The notes under the pieces are model-generated. The model saw nothing but the letters and a program-made list of their open reading frames with translations, made no database searches and was not told the origin of the DNA. From positions 37,386,001 through 37,450,000 of the forward strand of contig NC_043008.1 of the NCBI RefSeq assembly GCF_006345805.1: DNA of 64,000 nucleotides, read 5' to 3'. Each line of letters starts with the position of its first letter. Positions within the stretch are counted from its first letter, which is position 1. The stretch comes from Octopus sinensis (lineage: Eukaryota). A program made the translations under genes and the position numbers. Below, piece after piece: positions 36,555 to 49,115 of the stretch.

Positions 36555-36877
36555 TTGGGAAATTTCGAAACTATAATGAGTTTCTCCTACAGAGAATGCT
36601 TCCAGTTACTATTGGTACCCCCTTGTATACACACACACACACATATATATATAGTCCACACATGAGATCCAGGGATTCTCTGTATAGACGACACTTAGTA
36701 TTGGTTAAAAGATTCAATCTGTGACTCCAATGTCTTTACAGAGGATCAATTCCACAAGGTAAAGAAAGGCTATAAGAGGGATCAAACTGAGTGGGTATAG
36801 AGGCAATTATGTGAATAAACAATTTAGACACATCAAATTTATTAAATATATTAAATAAATCAAATACAAAATACGTA

Positions 36878-37265
36878 TAGGGAGAGAATTCACAAAAAGA
36901 ACCAGCAAAAGACGAAGACAGGTGGTGTAGACAACAAACAGATGTATTAGTTTAACGCTTGGAAAGTGAAGAAGTCATTGTTTTGAGCCTACACTCTTTC
37001 ACAGAAAGGAACACAGAAAGAAAGAAGGAAAGAAAATAAAGAATGTGTAGTGGCTAGCGATCTATCAATACATATATATATATAGGGGAGAATTCACAAA
37101 AAAAAACCCAAAAGACGAAACAACAAACAGATGTATTAGTATAATGCTTGGCAAGTGAAAAAGTCTTTAACGTTTCGAGTCCATGCTCTTCCACAGAAAA
37201 GAACACAGAAAGAAGCAAGGAAAGAAATTAAAGTATGTGTAGTGGCTAGCGATCTATCAATACAT

Positions 37266-37320
<55 letters not shown>

Positions 37321-37503
37321 GAGAATTTACAAAAAAAAAACAAAAGGCGAAGACAGGTGGTATAGACAACAAACAGATGTATTAGTATAACACTTGGGAA
37401 GTGAAAAAGTCTTTAACATTTCGAGTCCATGCTCTTCCACAGAAAGGAACACAGAAAGAAGCAAGGAAAGAAAATAAAGTATGTGTAGTGGCTAGCGCTC
37501 TAT
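36878..37503 (-). mobile_element. Three tandem ~190-bp HHR-like monomers separated by (TA)n (retrozyme- or PLE-like)
   Basis: Copies at 36878-37068, 37083-37260, 37315-37503; copy 2 reads ttt-CTGTGGA-a-gagc-atgg-actc-GAAAC-GT-T-aaaga, copy 3 the same with GAAAT. Confidence 0.85.
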
Positions 37504-37877
37504 GAAAATAAGAGAAAGCAAAAAGCAGAAACTTTCAGGTGATTAATTTCTATGTATAAATATATAAATATTTATATTAATAGGTCCAACTTACAAATGA
37601 CAGAGAAAATTAAGGGGATGAAAGAAGGGTGTTATAACTCCAACAACTGTGTCTGCAGGGATCAGCAATCTATAATAATGTTGGTAGATTTTGGTTATCA
37701 CAATATGCAGCTGTATGGATGCAATTAACATTGGATGTGATGAGCCTCTGTCATCAGGGTAGAAAAGATCTTACATTTCAGATCTTTATGCAGAAAAGTT
37801 CGCAGGTGGAATGGTTAAATGTGGAGATAGCTGTATTAGAGGGGGGACTAGGGGGCATTAAGACAGGGAATGATGCC

Positions 37878-38215
37878 TATATATATATAAATTAAATTAG
37901 AGATAAAACCACTATTAGGTAAATCAAACAGTGAAAAACATAAATCAAAACATAAAAATAAAAATAATTAATATAATTTACAAAATATATAAAATTTAAA
38001 ATTTAGATTATTTAAATTTAAAATTATTAATTTATATTTATATTTATATTTATAATTTTTTTTTAATTATATATAACTATCAAAAAGTATTAAAAAGTTT
38101 ATTATAAGATAAGTAAAACCACTACGTACGTTTCATGGCCATGACCTAATTCGAATTACAATAATTTTAATTCAATTATAAATTCGAATTATGGTTATAG
38201 TCAATCTTCAGGTTA
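37878..38215 (-). mobile_element. PLE-like remnant with hammerhead motif at 38119-38215
   Basis: gagataaaaccactatt start like 13223; CTGAAGA-t-long stem II-t-GAAAC-gtac-GTA-gtgg. Confidence 0.6.
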
Positions 38216-38894
38216 ATGATAATAGTTAAATAAATAAGCAAATATATTTAAACAATATTATTGAAGAAATAAATAAAATAATAATTTTTCTTATAAAAAA
38301 TTTATTATCAAACTAGAAACTTTAATGATTATGATTATGTCATACAATCCAAATATAATGTTAAATATTAATTTTTAAGGTAAAGAAACATAATAAACTC
38401 ATGAATAACCTAATCTCATATATAAAGCAGCTCCAATTTCTTGTTATTTCTGTTGTTGTGAAGGACAATCACAGTGAATTTGCTGAAGGATAACGATCAG
38501 TACATATGCTTGGTAAACAAGTGAGAAGATATTCAATTCTTTCCAGTGTTTCCATTGTTATTTTTCAAAAATGATGTATAACAAGAAAAGTTTAAAGATT
38601 GTACTTTTACAGCCTTTGTTTTGTTCTTTCTCTCATTGTAATCGTGACCATCCTAGAATGAAGAAAAAGGCTATCTTTCAAGGTTTAGTCAGTTTCCCTG
38701 ACCCTGCTGCACCTGCCCTGTTTCTACTGAGTACTTGCATAAGAGAGAGGCTAAATGAGCCCAGGTGAGGCTTTATGATGTATACCCCAGGCTTTTGGTT
38801 TGAGCTCAGGCTATAAAGATTTGCAACCAAATATCATAATATATTTTGTCTTAACTCCTAGTTTAAATTGACTTTTATATTTCAGGTTTGGTAA

Positions 38895-39255
38895 ATAACA
38901 TGGTTCTGGGTTCAGTCCCACTTCGTGGCACCTTGAGCAAGTGACTTCTACTATAGCCTCGGGCTGACCAAAGCCCTGTGAGTGGATTTGGTAGACGGAA
39001 ACTGAAAGAAGCCCGTTGTATATATATATATGTGTGCTTATGTGTCTGTGTTTGTCCCCCCCCACACACACACATCACTTAACAACCGATGCTGGTGTGT
39101 TTACGTCCCCGTAACTTAGTGGTTTGGCAAAAGAGACCGACAGAATAAGTACGAGGCTTACAAAAAATAAGGCCTGGAGGTGATTTCCTCGACTAAAGGC
39201 AGTGCTCCAGCATGGCTGCAGTCAAATGACTGAAACAAGTAAATGAGTAAAAGAA
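38895..39255 (+). mobile_element. SINE family A
   Basis: Head, core and tail as at 4278. Confidence 0.9.
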
Positions 39256-40549
39256 TATATGATGTGGCTGATCAACATAAATTCCCACTCCAGTCTGATC
39301 CTCAGAGAAGAGAATATGATATACAGGGTCCAACTCAAAAAATTGAGCAACATACCCAAACAGTCTGAGCTGATATTCCTGAATCATTTCACTAACAGGA
39401 CGTGCCCCAGTTTCTGAGTAAAGTCATTGGTTGAGTATGTAATGGAATATTCATATATTTCACATTACAGTCTTTTATAGTTTTGAACATTGTTCACAAA
39501 CCCGTCACTATTACTTTTGTGGACCACCAAGGGCCTACAGGCTCCAGACTGGGAACTATTTTTCAAGGGTCAATTGCCTTATAAATTCATGACCTTTGTT
39601 GCAATGTTGGAGAACTGCATTAATGAATGATGATAAAGTTACCATATACCATATAGTTCTGTGTATATTGAGACAGAGCAATGCTTATACATTAGAATTA
39701 AATTATACATCAATACATTCTTTATATAGGAGAGGCATGAAGGCCACCAAATTATAAGGTGTTGAATTATTTGCCCATTGATTGAAATTATATCTACTGC
39801 AAGCATTTTGTTGTGTTTCTGGGCAAAAATCTTTTTACTCACATACTTCATTTCCTATAGCTATTGTGAATAGATACCAAATAATGTGAGAATGACATCT
39901 GGGATAGACTGGCATCCTAGCCAGGAGTAGCTTAATTTCTCCTCTGTCTTGTCTCATGAAACTAAAGCTAAACATTATCTTTATACAGCACCAAGGGGAA
40001 GCATTCATATCATTATATTAATTGCATTCATTCCTTATTCCCTAAGGCATCTTTCAAATTTTATTACTTTTATTTTTATTATTGCATACATGGTTTAATT
40101 TCTTGAGCAGCATGAAAAGTTTTTTGAAAATTCAGTGATAGTAGTAGTAGGCAGATTATCTGTCACAAGAGAATTCTGATATGGAGAGATTTAGAAATAA
40201 AAAAAAATAGGGAGAGCAGAGGGAATAGATGGGGTGGTGAGCAAGACATGGAAGAAGTAATGGATTCTTAACTCTCTGTAGAAGAGAGATGACTAATACA
40301 GGAATAATTGAATCTCAGTTTGCATCCTCGATGCATCTGTGCATGTGAACAAATAAAAAAGATAGTTGTTATCTGGACAGGAAGAAAAAATTTCAGAGCA
40401 AAGAACTACATTGATTCGTAAGGGCCAGATTTAATTATATGGCTAAATCAATTCAGCTGTAATTAGTTACAGTGTGGAGCTACAGTTAACTGATCACATT
40501 AAATCATTGTTCCAAACAAAAGCTGTTGACAGTTGATAGTATCTGAGAG

Positions 40550-41260
40550 GTGAGCCCCAAAAGAATATTCTTGGCTTCTCTCCAAAAGCTCTGGGTGAGG
40601 GGCACCACTTCTAGCACAATGCCTAGTCTCTGATGTTCATAGGTTCATAGTCAACACCATCAGCAGTCGGGTTAGCAATTGTATCACTGCTAAATGAAAA
40701 AGATCATCACTGTTGTTAAGGCTGAGAGAAGCTAGTGTCAGCTGCGGACAGCACCTGTACTGACCAATTAGCAATGGACAAGACTAGAAGATGAAAGCTG
40801 ACCAGAGAAAGCAATAAAAGTTCTGAGAAACTGTAGCACCAACAGACAAAGAACAGGCGTAATGCTGAACTTAGAAGCTTCCAAATGGGTTACTCTATTA
40901 AAACTCAGTGTTTCTTGAGAGAATTGCTGTGAGAAGGCCAATGGGAAAAAGACAATGAACTATGTTGAATGGTGGAAGAATGCTGAAGCAATGAGCCGTG
41001 GGGAGGTGCTTGCCTATTAAAGTGAAAGGCAGATAATTCACAGAGAAGTCCCTCTGCAAAGGCCACAACAAGATGGGCATCACAACATGGTGGGCATTAC
41101 AGGAGTTAAAAGGTGAAGAACTATCAGGTTTGGTCTCTAAGAATTTGAAGTTGCCTCAGTGCGGTTATGAATCAACAGATTGTTGAAGTAGTGCTATGTG
41201 GACTCAAGCTGTGGCATAATCAATGCTGTCTGCTTGATTTAGATGAAAGTATCTGATTGC
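40550..41260 (-). pseudogene. Highly decayed LINE (CR1/Jockey-like) RT fragment
   Basis: GC-richer block with weak resemblance to the GVPQGSVL/FINDL region; heavily disrupted. Confidence 0.3.
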
Positions 41261-41419
41261 TTAAAGACCCAGCACACACCCAATCATCCTAGATAACAAC
41301 ACCAATAATATATCTAGGTGCATCATGTTTTGGTGTAAAAAAATAATTTTCTAAGAATATAAATATTCTTAAATTATTGTATAGGATTCCTTGTCTTGCA
41401 AGTTATCTTGTGACCCTGC

Positions 41420-41715
41420 TGGTACAGGTGTCTGTAAAAAGCATCCAGTCCACACTGTGAAGTGGTTTACATTTGAAAGGGCAACCAGCTGTAAAAACCA
41501 TGTGAAAACTGACCTCGTCTGTGCTGGTGCCAAGTAAAAAAGCCCTCAGTTCACTCTGTGGGGTGGGTGATGTTAGGAAAGGCATCCAGCCATAAAAACC
41601 ATGCCAAAACTGATACAGTAGCCTGGTGTAGTCTTCTAACTGACCAGCTCCTGTCAAACCATCCAACCCATACCAGCATGGAAGGCAGACTTTAAACAAT
41701 GGCGATGATGATGAT
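41420..41715 (+). mobile_element. RTE-tail SINE (family C)
   Basis: ttaggaaaggcatccagcc...cccataccagcatggaaggcagactttaaacaatggcgatgatgat. Confidence 0.8.
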
Positions 41716-42068
41716 TGGATGAAAATAGAATTATAAATTTATCTAAATTCAGACTTTTTGTAAAATTTATGATATGTACAATTTTCGATTCAAAACAGAT
41801 TGGTTTTGTAATACATAAAATGGATTGTTTGAGGCAGTCGACACCTCTCACTTGCAATGTTTTTTTGAAAGTCTAGCAAACATTTGCAACAAATAAACAA
41901 AATGGAAAAAGCCTATTTATATTGTACAAGATCCAGCTGCAGTTAAAATGAAAGAAATTATGAAAAATTTGGCACATGTAAATACAAAATCTAGTTTTGG
42001 ATGATTTCATAGGTTTTGTTATAAATATTTCTGTTGACTAGACAGCTACAATGCAAACACTGGTAATG

Positions 42069-42108
<40 letters not shown>

Positions 42109-42110
<2 letters not shown>

Positions 42111-42665
42111 CCCTGATACAGTACCAGGCAGTGTCTCTCTTGGCTTTGTAACTGAAATGATTGGAAGTGTTTTCATGTACATTGTTTTGTCTTGGTATAA
42201 AAGATTGGCTACAGCCAATATTCTGCTCAATACCACAGATTTGATTGTCAGTTGTTTGACCTTAACCAGGTGAGCACGTTCTTTAGTAGCTGATGATATG
42301 TGCATCTCTGATCACGAGCAGAAGTAGTGGGGAAGCACCATAGCCATGTGTTGAGAGGAATTCTTTGGGGTTTGGATAATTCACCTTTAGAAATATGGGT
42401 GTTTTTTTCATCATCCTTAAACACACCTTATTCAGAGACCTTTTAAGCAGGATGGGATACTTGACCTGAAGAAAATTCTAACTGGGCCCCAACTGTTAGG
42501 TCATGTGCTGTTTATCTTGATATGAGATCACCATGTTGTGCTCATATGGTTGTGATGCACGTGCCTAGTGTACCCTTATCAGATGGATAGTCATGATGGG
42601 TATATTGAACTTTATATATTTGTGCCCCAGTGTGACTTTGATGGCTTGCGATGCTCTCTCACAGA
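42109..42665 (+). mobile_element. Family D ~555-bp element in (AAT)n
   Basis: gccctgatacagtaccaggcagtg...gatgctctctcacagaataataat; inverted homolog of 2822-3376. Confidence 0.9.
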
Positions 42666-43021
42666 ATAATAATAATAATAATCCTTTCTACTATAGGCAC
42701 AAAGCCTACAATTTTGTGAAGAGGGGCTTCTTGATTACATTGACTCGAAAGGGTGAATAGTAATAATAATAATTACTAGCTGGACGTGTGAAAATGTCAG
42801 GGAAAACAAAAAATGTAAGCATCAGTAAATTGTGAGCTGGTGTCATGAGAAATGTTTCTATATTGTGACACAAAATATAGAAAGAAGTGTAAAACTGATA
42901 ACTATATAATCCAACCAAAATATCTCAATTACGCAAATGTTAACAGAATTACTATTTAGCCTTAAATACATCGTACATATTCAAAGAACCTTCTTGGTTT
43001 AGTGGTATGGAACGTACTTCT

Positions 43022-43285
43022 GGTATTCTTTTATTCTTTTACTTGTTTCAGTCATTTGTCGGTGGCCATGCTGGAGCACTGCCCTTTAGTCAAAGAAATC
43101 TACCCCTGGACTTATTCCCTGTAAGCCTGGTGCTTATTCTATCAATCTCTTCTGCCAAACAGCTAAATTACAGGGATGCAAACATACCAACATCGATTGT
43201 CAAGCAATGATGGTAGGGGGAAAAACACAGACACAAAAACACACATAGATATATACATACATACACACACACACACACACATATA

Positions 43286-43358
<73 letters not shown>

Positions 43359-43452
43359 GTGCATATATGTATATATGACAGGTTTCTTTCATTTTCCGTC
43401 TACCAAATTCACTCATAAGGCTATCGTTGGCCTGAGGCGAAAGTAGAAGACA
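43022..43452 (-). mobile_element. SINE family A with internal (CA)(TA) tract
   Basis: Reverse complement of the family. Confidence 0.8.
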
Positions 43453-43929
43453 CTCTTTAAAGTATAGAGTTGAATTTTGTGTAGCTACCTGTTGGCAACT
43501 TTTGTAGAGGGTGTTACCCATTTTTCTGGGCTCTTTTCACCCTGTCCAAAATTTGCAGTAGTTTTTGTGTGAGAAAAAAAAGGAAGGGAGTGGGGCTTGT
43601 TTGTGGTTTGTAGAGAAAACGTTAAGCATGCCTGAAATAATAAAAAAAAACATGGTCTTTCCAACCAGCTAAAAGACATGAAGAACTATGAAAGAAGAGG
43701 AATAAGTACTGGGAGTGGGGGAAAGAAGAGAGAACACCCAAAATAAAAATGTAAACACCTGAAAGACTTTCCCTCTAATTCATTACTATATTTCTTTATT
43801 TCTTCTTCATTGTTGAAATTAACGAATTGAGAAAAGATTGATCATATTTCAGTCTAATTGTCATTGTAAATGACTGAGGTTTTTCTTTCCCTGTCTTTAT
43901 CGCTTCACTCCTTTTCTCTACGGTTGAGA

Positions 43930-44240
43930 GAGTGAAGGTGCATGGCTCAGTGGTTAGGGGTATTTGGCCCACGATTGTAAAGTCATCAGTACGATTCCCT
44001 AAGGTACACTGTTCTTGAGCAAGATACTCTGCTTCTTCACCTTGCTGCAGTCCACTCAGCTGGCAAAAATGAGTTCTAGGTGTAATTCAAAAGGGCTAGC
44101 CTTGTCACATTCTGTGTGAGGCTGAATCTCCCTGAGGACTACCTTATGGTATGTATGTCTGTGGAGTACTCAGCCACTTGCGCATTAATTTGAGTAGACT
44201 GTTCCATTGATGAGATAAACAGAGACCAATGGAGTGCCAT
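43930..44240 (+). mobile_element. tRNA-derived SINE family E
   Basis: tggctcagtggttaggg A-box, ttcttgagcaag core, 3' gaatctccctgag...tgtctgtggagtactcagccacttg as at 55922. Confidence 0.75.
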
Positions 44241-44667
44241 TTTTTAAAAGAGTGAAAGAAAAGGAAATGTTCCATATTGTAAGGCAAAAATGTCACGAGT
44301 TTAGTAATAGGCAGTGAAAGCCAAGATGAAACAATTGCTATTCTGTCATGTTGTGACTTCGCCCTCGACTCATGCTCAGTTTGATAACAACAGCCTGGGC
44401 ATTGGTATTTATCTGGGGGCTTCGCTTCCAGATCTGTGAAACCCACAAATGCTGTTGTCAGGACCAGATTTTCCTGCCTCTATATAGGATGTATTCATTT
44501 TCTTCCAACCACTTGAAGGTTTATTTTGTTCCAGTCTATTCTCCCTTACTTCCTCTCTGTCCTCCTTTCTCTTGCTTTGCCACTCACTTCTTCATTTGAA
44601 GTAAGCATGACACACATCACAGGTACGGACTACAAGTTGGCATATTAATATTATTGATAATAATATC

Positions 44668-45640
44668 TTTTCTTTATTAGCCACAAGGGCTGAACACAAA
44701 ACAAATAGGGATAATACAATACAAGGGACAAGTGAGATGTTGAACAATGCTGTGTATATAATAAGTAACAAAAACAATTAACAAAACAATTAAACAATAA
44801 TAATAAATCCCCAAAAGGGTAAAGTTCCTCACAGGGTCAACCAAGGGACTCCACACATTCTGATTATCCTAATTTCCAGATGCACCTCAGCAGGCATCTC
44901 TTTCCTTCTCAACTCCTCTGCTCTACAAATAAAAGTTCAGAGTGGGCCCATCCACAGGGCCCTCACCACATGCACCCACCTTTCAATAAATTTACTGGTG
45001 GGGGTGGGAAGATACAGTACTTCCCTCTCTACTCTCACTTTCCCTTTAAAGTGGAATTTGAAAAAGTTGATGAGGGTTTGGCTGAAGAGGAAAGTATCTG
45101 TCTTCAGTCCTTTCAATCTCATCCACCACACCACCTCCTTTGTCATAGCCATCAGACAGAGGAAAACTGCCTTCCCTTCCTGGCCAAAAGAAGGCAGCAG
45201 GTTGTTCTTCACAATGGACTTGGTTGTTAACTGGATCTGTCTCACATGCAACAACAGCAGTTCGACAAAGCTCCACATGTCAGTAATGCACAGAAACTGG
45301 ATGAGTGCATGCAGGACAGTTTTGTCGTCTTGCGCACACCTCAGACAGGTCCATCTGACAGCACTTCCATATCTGTAGAGCTTGTATTGAACCAGCAGAG
45401 CTCCCCGGTATTTGTGGAAGCTATCCATAGGCCCTGGACTGAAAGTTCTCTGGAAAAAACCAGTTAATTGATCCCTCCTGATGCAAAGAGTTTCCCCTGA
45501 GGATGTCGTCGCTCTATTCCTCCACTAATCATCTGCAGAACTCCATAGTGGAACTTCTACTGACCATAGAGCCAGCATTCTAGGAGCCAAGAACACTTTC
45601 TTGATCTATGCTTGACCCAAGACTGTAACTCAGTCAATGA
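44668..45640 (-). pseudogene. 3' end of a Tx1/L1-like LINE (zf-RVT C-terminus plus 3' UTR)
   Basis: YRGALLVQYKLYRYGSAVRWTCLRCAQDDKTVLHAL matches the CxxC...H zf-RVT pattern; tail cagcccttgtggctaataaagaaa. Confidence 0.75.
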
Positions 45641-45679
45641 AATGAGCTATGGAAAATCCTAAAATAATAATCATCATCA

Positions 45680-46000
45680 TCACCGTTTAATGTCCACTTT
45701 CCATGCTGGCATGGGTTGGGCAGTTTGACTGAGGACTGGCAGGCCAGGAGGCTGCACCAGGCTCCAGTCTGGTCAGTTAAGGTTTCTACAGTTGGATGCC
45801 CCTCCTAACACCAACTACTCTGAATGTACATTGGATGCTTTTTATGTGTCACTGGCACGGGGAGTCAGTCAGGCGGCACTGGCATTGACCATGCTCAAAT
45901 GGTGCTTTTTACATGCCACCAGCACTGGCAATGGCTACACTCAGATGGTGCTTTTTATGTGCCACCAGCATGGGTGCTAGTCAGGCAACAATGGCATTGG
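45680..46000 (-). mobile_element. RTE-tail SINE (family C)
   Basis: catcatcaccgtttaatgtccactttccatgctggcatgggttgg. Confidence 0.85.
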
Positions 46001-46087
46001 CCACAACAATGATAATAATAATAATAATAATAACAATAATAATAATAATGATAATAATAATAACGACAACAACAACAACAATAATAG

Positions 46088-46272
46088 AGGCAGTGGCTCT
46101 CATAGCTTTTGATCTTAACTGATTGGTAGTATTATTACGTACATTGTTTTGTCTTTGTAAAAGATGGTCTACAACAAATATTCTGCTCAATACCACAGAT
46201 TTGCTTGTCAGTTGTTTGACCGTAACCAGTTGAGCATGTCCCCTAGTGGCTGACGATATTTGCATCTCTGAT
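46088..46272 (+). mobile_element. Family D 5' fragment after (AAT)n
   Basis: ggcagtggctctcatagcttttgatcttaactgattgg... Confidence 0.8.
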
Positions 46273-46495
46273 GACGCTGATGATGATGACGATGCAACTC
46301 ATAAATAATCAGCATTAATGCTACTCAAGTTCATTAAAAATATATAAACTAAAATCATTTTGAGAATCAATGAAATTTGTTGAAGCAATGATTAGTTAAA
46401 AAGGAAATCGATTTCAGAAAGTCTGAAAGATAGTCTTTATTTTTCAATGCATATATATATATATATATATACATACACACACACCCACACACCAC

Positions 46496-46545
<50 letters not shown>

Positions 46546-46570
46546 CATATATATAGATATATATATGCAC

Positions 46571-46601
<31 letters not shown>

Positions 46602-46879
46602 CTTACATATATGATATATATATCACCATCATATATATCGTATATGTTTATATATATATATATATATGATATATATATATATGTATGTATGTATGTATGC
46701 ATATATATATATAATATATATATATATAATAATAAGAGTAAATAATTTCTATAAAGGTTTTTAAAAAAACCACAATTATTTACTGGTAGAATTCGGTATG
46801 TAAATATAGCCGATTACCGGCAGGAACTTCTGTAAAGTTCAGTATATATATTGTATATAAGAAAAGGGGACAAGCAACA

Positions 46880-47202
46880 GGTTGCTTGACCGCATACCGA
46901 AAAAATAGAAATAGCAGTCAAGAATGCTTATTTCTATCAAAGTGGGACTCCGGGCACGACAAACCCTGTAATTCACATATGCAAAACGGAAGGGATAGAT
47001 AACGAAAACGAAGTCTGGTGGTTATTTGTGAACATCATGTTTCTGGATTATAAACATATTGAATATATATTTCATATATATTTTTGATATATATTTCATA
47101 TACATTGCATATATTGCACATTGTCGTGCCCGGAGTCTCACTTTGATAGAAATAAGCATTCTTGACTGCTATTTCTATTTTTCGGTATGCGGTCAAGCAA
47201 CC
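46880..47202. repeat. Inverted repeat, ~82-bp arms with ~160-bp spacer, between TA tracts
   Basis: ggttgcttgaccgcataccg...ccgggcacgacaa pairs with ttgtcgtgcccgg...cggtatgcggtcaagcaacc. Confidence 0.85.
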
Positions 47203-47210
47203 TATATATA

Positions 47211-47252
<42 letters not shown>

Positions 47253-48513
47253 TATATATATATGTATATATATGTATATGAGTATATATATGCATGTATT
47301 ATGTATATGTTTTACACATTTTTAAAAATGTCTACAAGGTTATGCATGTTGTTCGTAAGATGTAAATGTAAGATTATTTTCCTGTTTCAAACAAAAAATT
47401 TTTTTTTTAAATGGAAGAAGGAAAAAGGAGAAAGAATAAATAAGACCTGCTAAGAGTGGAACTATTTCTTGGGAAAAAAAAAAATCTGAAGAAATACGAC
47501 ACTGGTTATTTGAATCTTACCTTAGATGGTGTCGAGAGTAACATCATTCAGATGCCGATACCCTATTTTTCAATTTTGTTTTAAAAATAGATTTTCTTGT
47601 ATTGCTTTTAACCTTTTAATCAGCCAATATAAAAAGATGACAGAAATAATTTTTTTTCTTCCTTTTTTTTTTCAATTTTTTTTTGTTATTTTTTTCTCTT
47701 CTTCTGTCTCGTATGAGGGGAGAAGAAAATATGATATTGAACATTAGGTGGTTTAAAACCCAATGATGAAATGAAATCTTAGTTATCTATTTGAAACACT
47801 ACAGCAGAAGAGAGATGGCTCAGCTGACATTGTTTTGGGCTATTAATTCACTAGTAAACTGATGGAGTCATTAGAGAATTGGATCTAATATCTCAAGGTA
47901 TTTTGTCTCGAATCTCTGTACACTGAGTTCAGATCCTATCAAAATCAATTCTATCTTTCATTCTATTTGAGGTCGTCCACCCACCCCCACCCCCACCTGC
48001 CACAAAATATGTCAATCTAGTGAGGCTGATTGAGAAAATTGTTACTGCATAGGATGAGATACCTTACAGTAGTTTGTGTTTTGACTCTTTGTAACCTGAC
48101 TGCAACACCTGAAATGATGTTAGTACCAAGATGATTCAGTTCCTTTCTTGCTTTACGTAACTCTAGGGTTTGGAGATGGGGGGCATGCATCCATGGGGAT
48201 TTGCTAGCCTTCAGGGAGAGACTTTTCCCAAGTTTGTGCATACAGAGGCATATATATGGCTAACATATTCAACCTGCAAAAAATTGAGCCAGATCTCCTT
48301 CAACTACATCTTACCATCTTTAACAAATGATACATTGAATTATGTAGTCCATGGTACACAATGTCCAAAAATTATTAGAAATAACATACAAAATAGTCAT
48401 AGTTTGGATGTTTCTGATCAAAAGTGTTATTGATCTCAGTTGACCTGAGGCAAAACAGCAATATTATATGATAGTAGACTGCAACAATTGACACCATGCT
48501 GCACTGGAGAAAA

Positions 48514-49115
48514 AGGCGGCGAGCTGGCAGAAACGTTAGCACGCCAGGTGAAATGCTTCGCTGTATTTTTTGTGCCGCTACGTTCTGAGTTCAAATTCCA
48601 CCGAGGTCAACTTTGCCTTTCATCCTTTTGGGGTCAATTAAATAAGTACCAGTTATGCACCGGGGTCGATATAATCGACTTAATCCCTTTGTCTGTCCTT
48701 GTTTGTCCCCTCTGTGTTTAGCCCCTTGTGGGTAGTAAAGAACTAGGTATTTCGTCTGCCATTACGTTCTGAGTTCAAATTCCGCCAAGGTCAACTTTGC
48801 CTTTCATCCTTTCGGGGTCAATAAATTAAGTACCAGTTACGCACTGGGGTCGATGTAATCGACTGAATCCGTTTGTCTGTCCTTGTTTGTCCTCTCTGTG
48901 TTTAGCACCTCGTGGGTAGTAAAGAAATAGGTATTTCGTCTGCTGTTATGCTCTGAGTTCAAATTCTGCTGAGGCCGACTTTTGCCTTTCATCCTTTAGG
49001 GGTCAATTAAATAAATACCAGTTACATACTGGGGTCGATGTAATCGACTTAATCCCTTTGTCTCTCCTTGTTTGTCCTCACTATGTTTAGCGCCTTGTGG
49101 GCAATAAAGAAATAC
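48514..49115 (+). mobile_element. SINE family B trimer (one full copy plus two 5'-truncated)
   Basis: Units restart at ggtatttcgtctg (~48747, ~48930) after gtaaagaa. Confidence 0.9.

Noticed and set aside
38464-38520. 57-nt plus-strand mini-exon (TITVNLLKDNDQYICLVN)
   Set aside because: Splice-like signals only; too short to support without transcripts
42109-42200. HDV-like ribozyme at the 5' end of family D
   Set aside because: Could not build the nested P1/P1.1/P3 fold; the loop does not fit the L3 consensus
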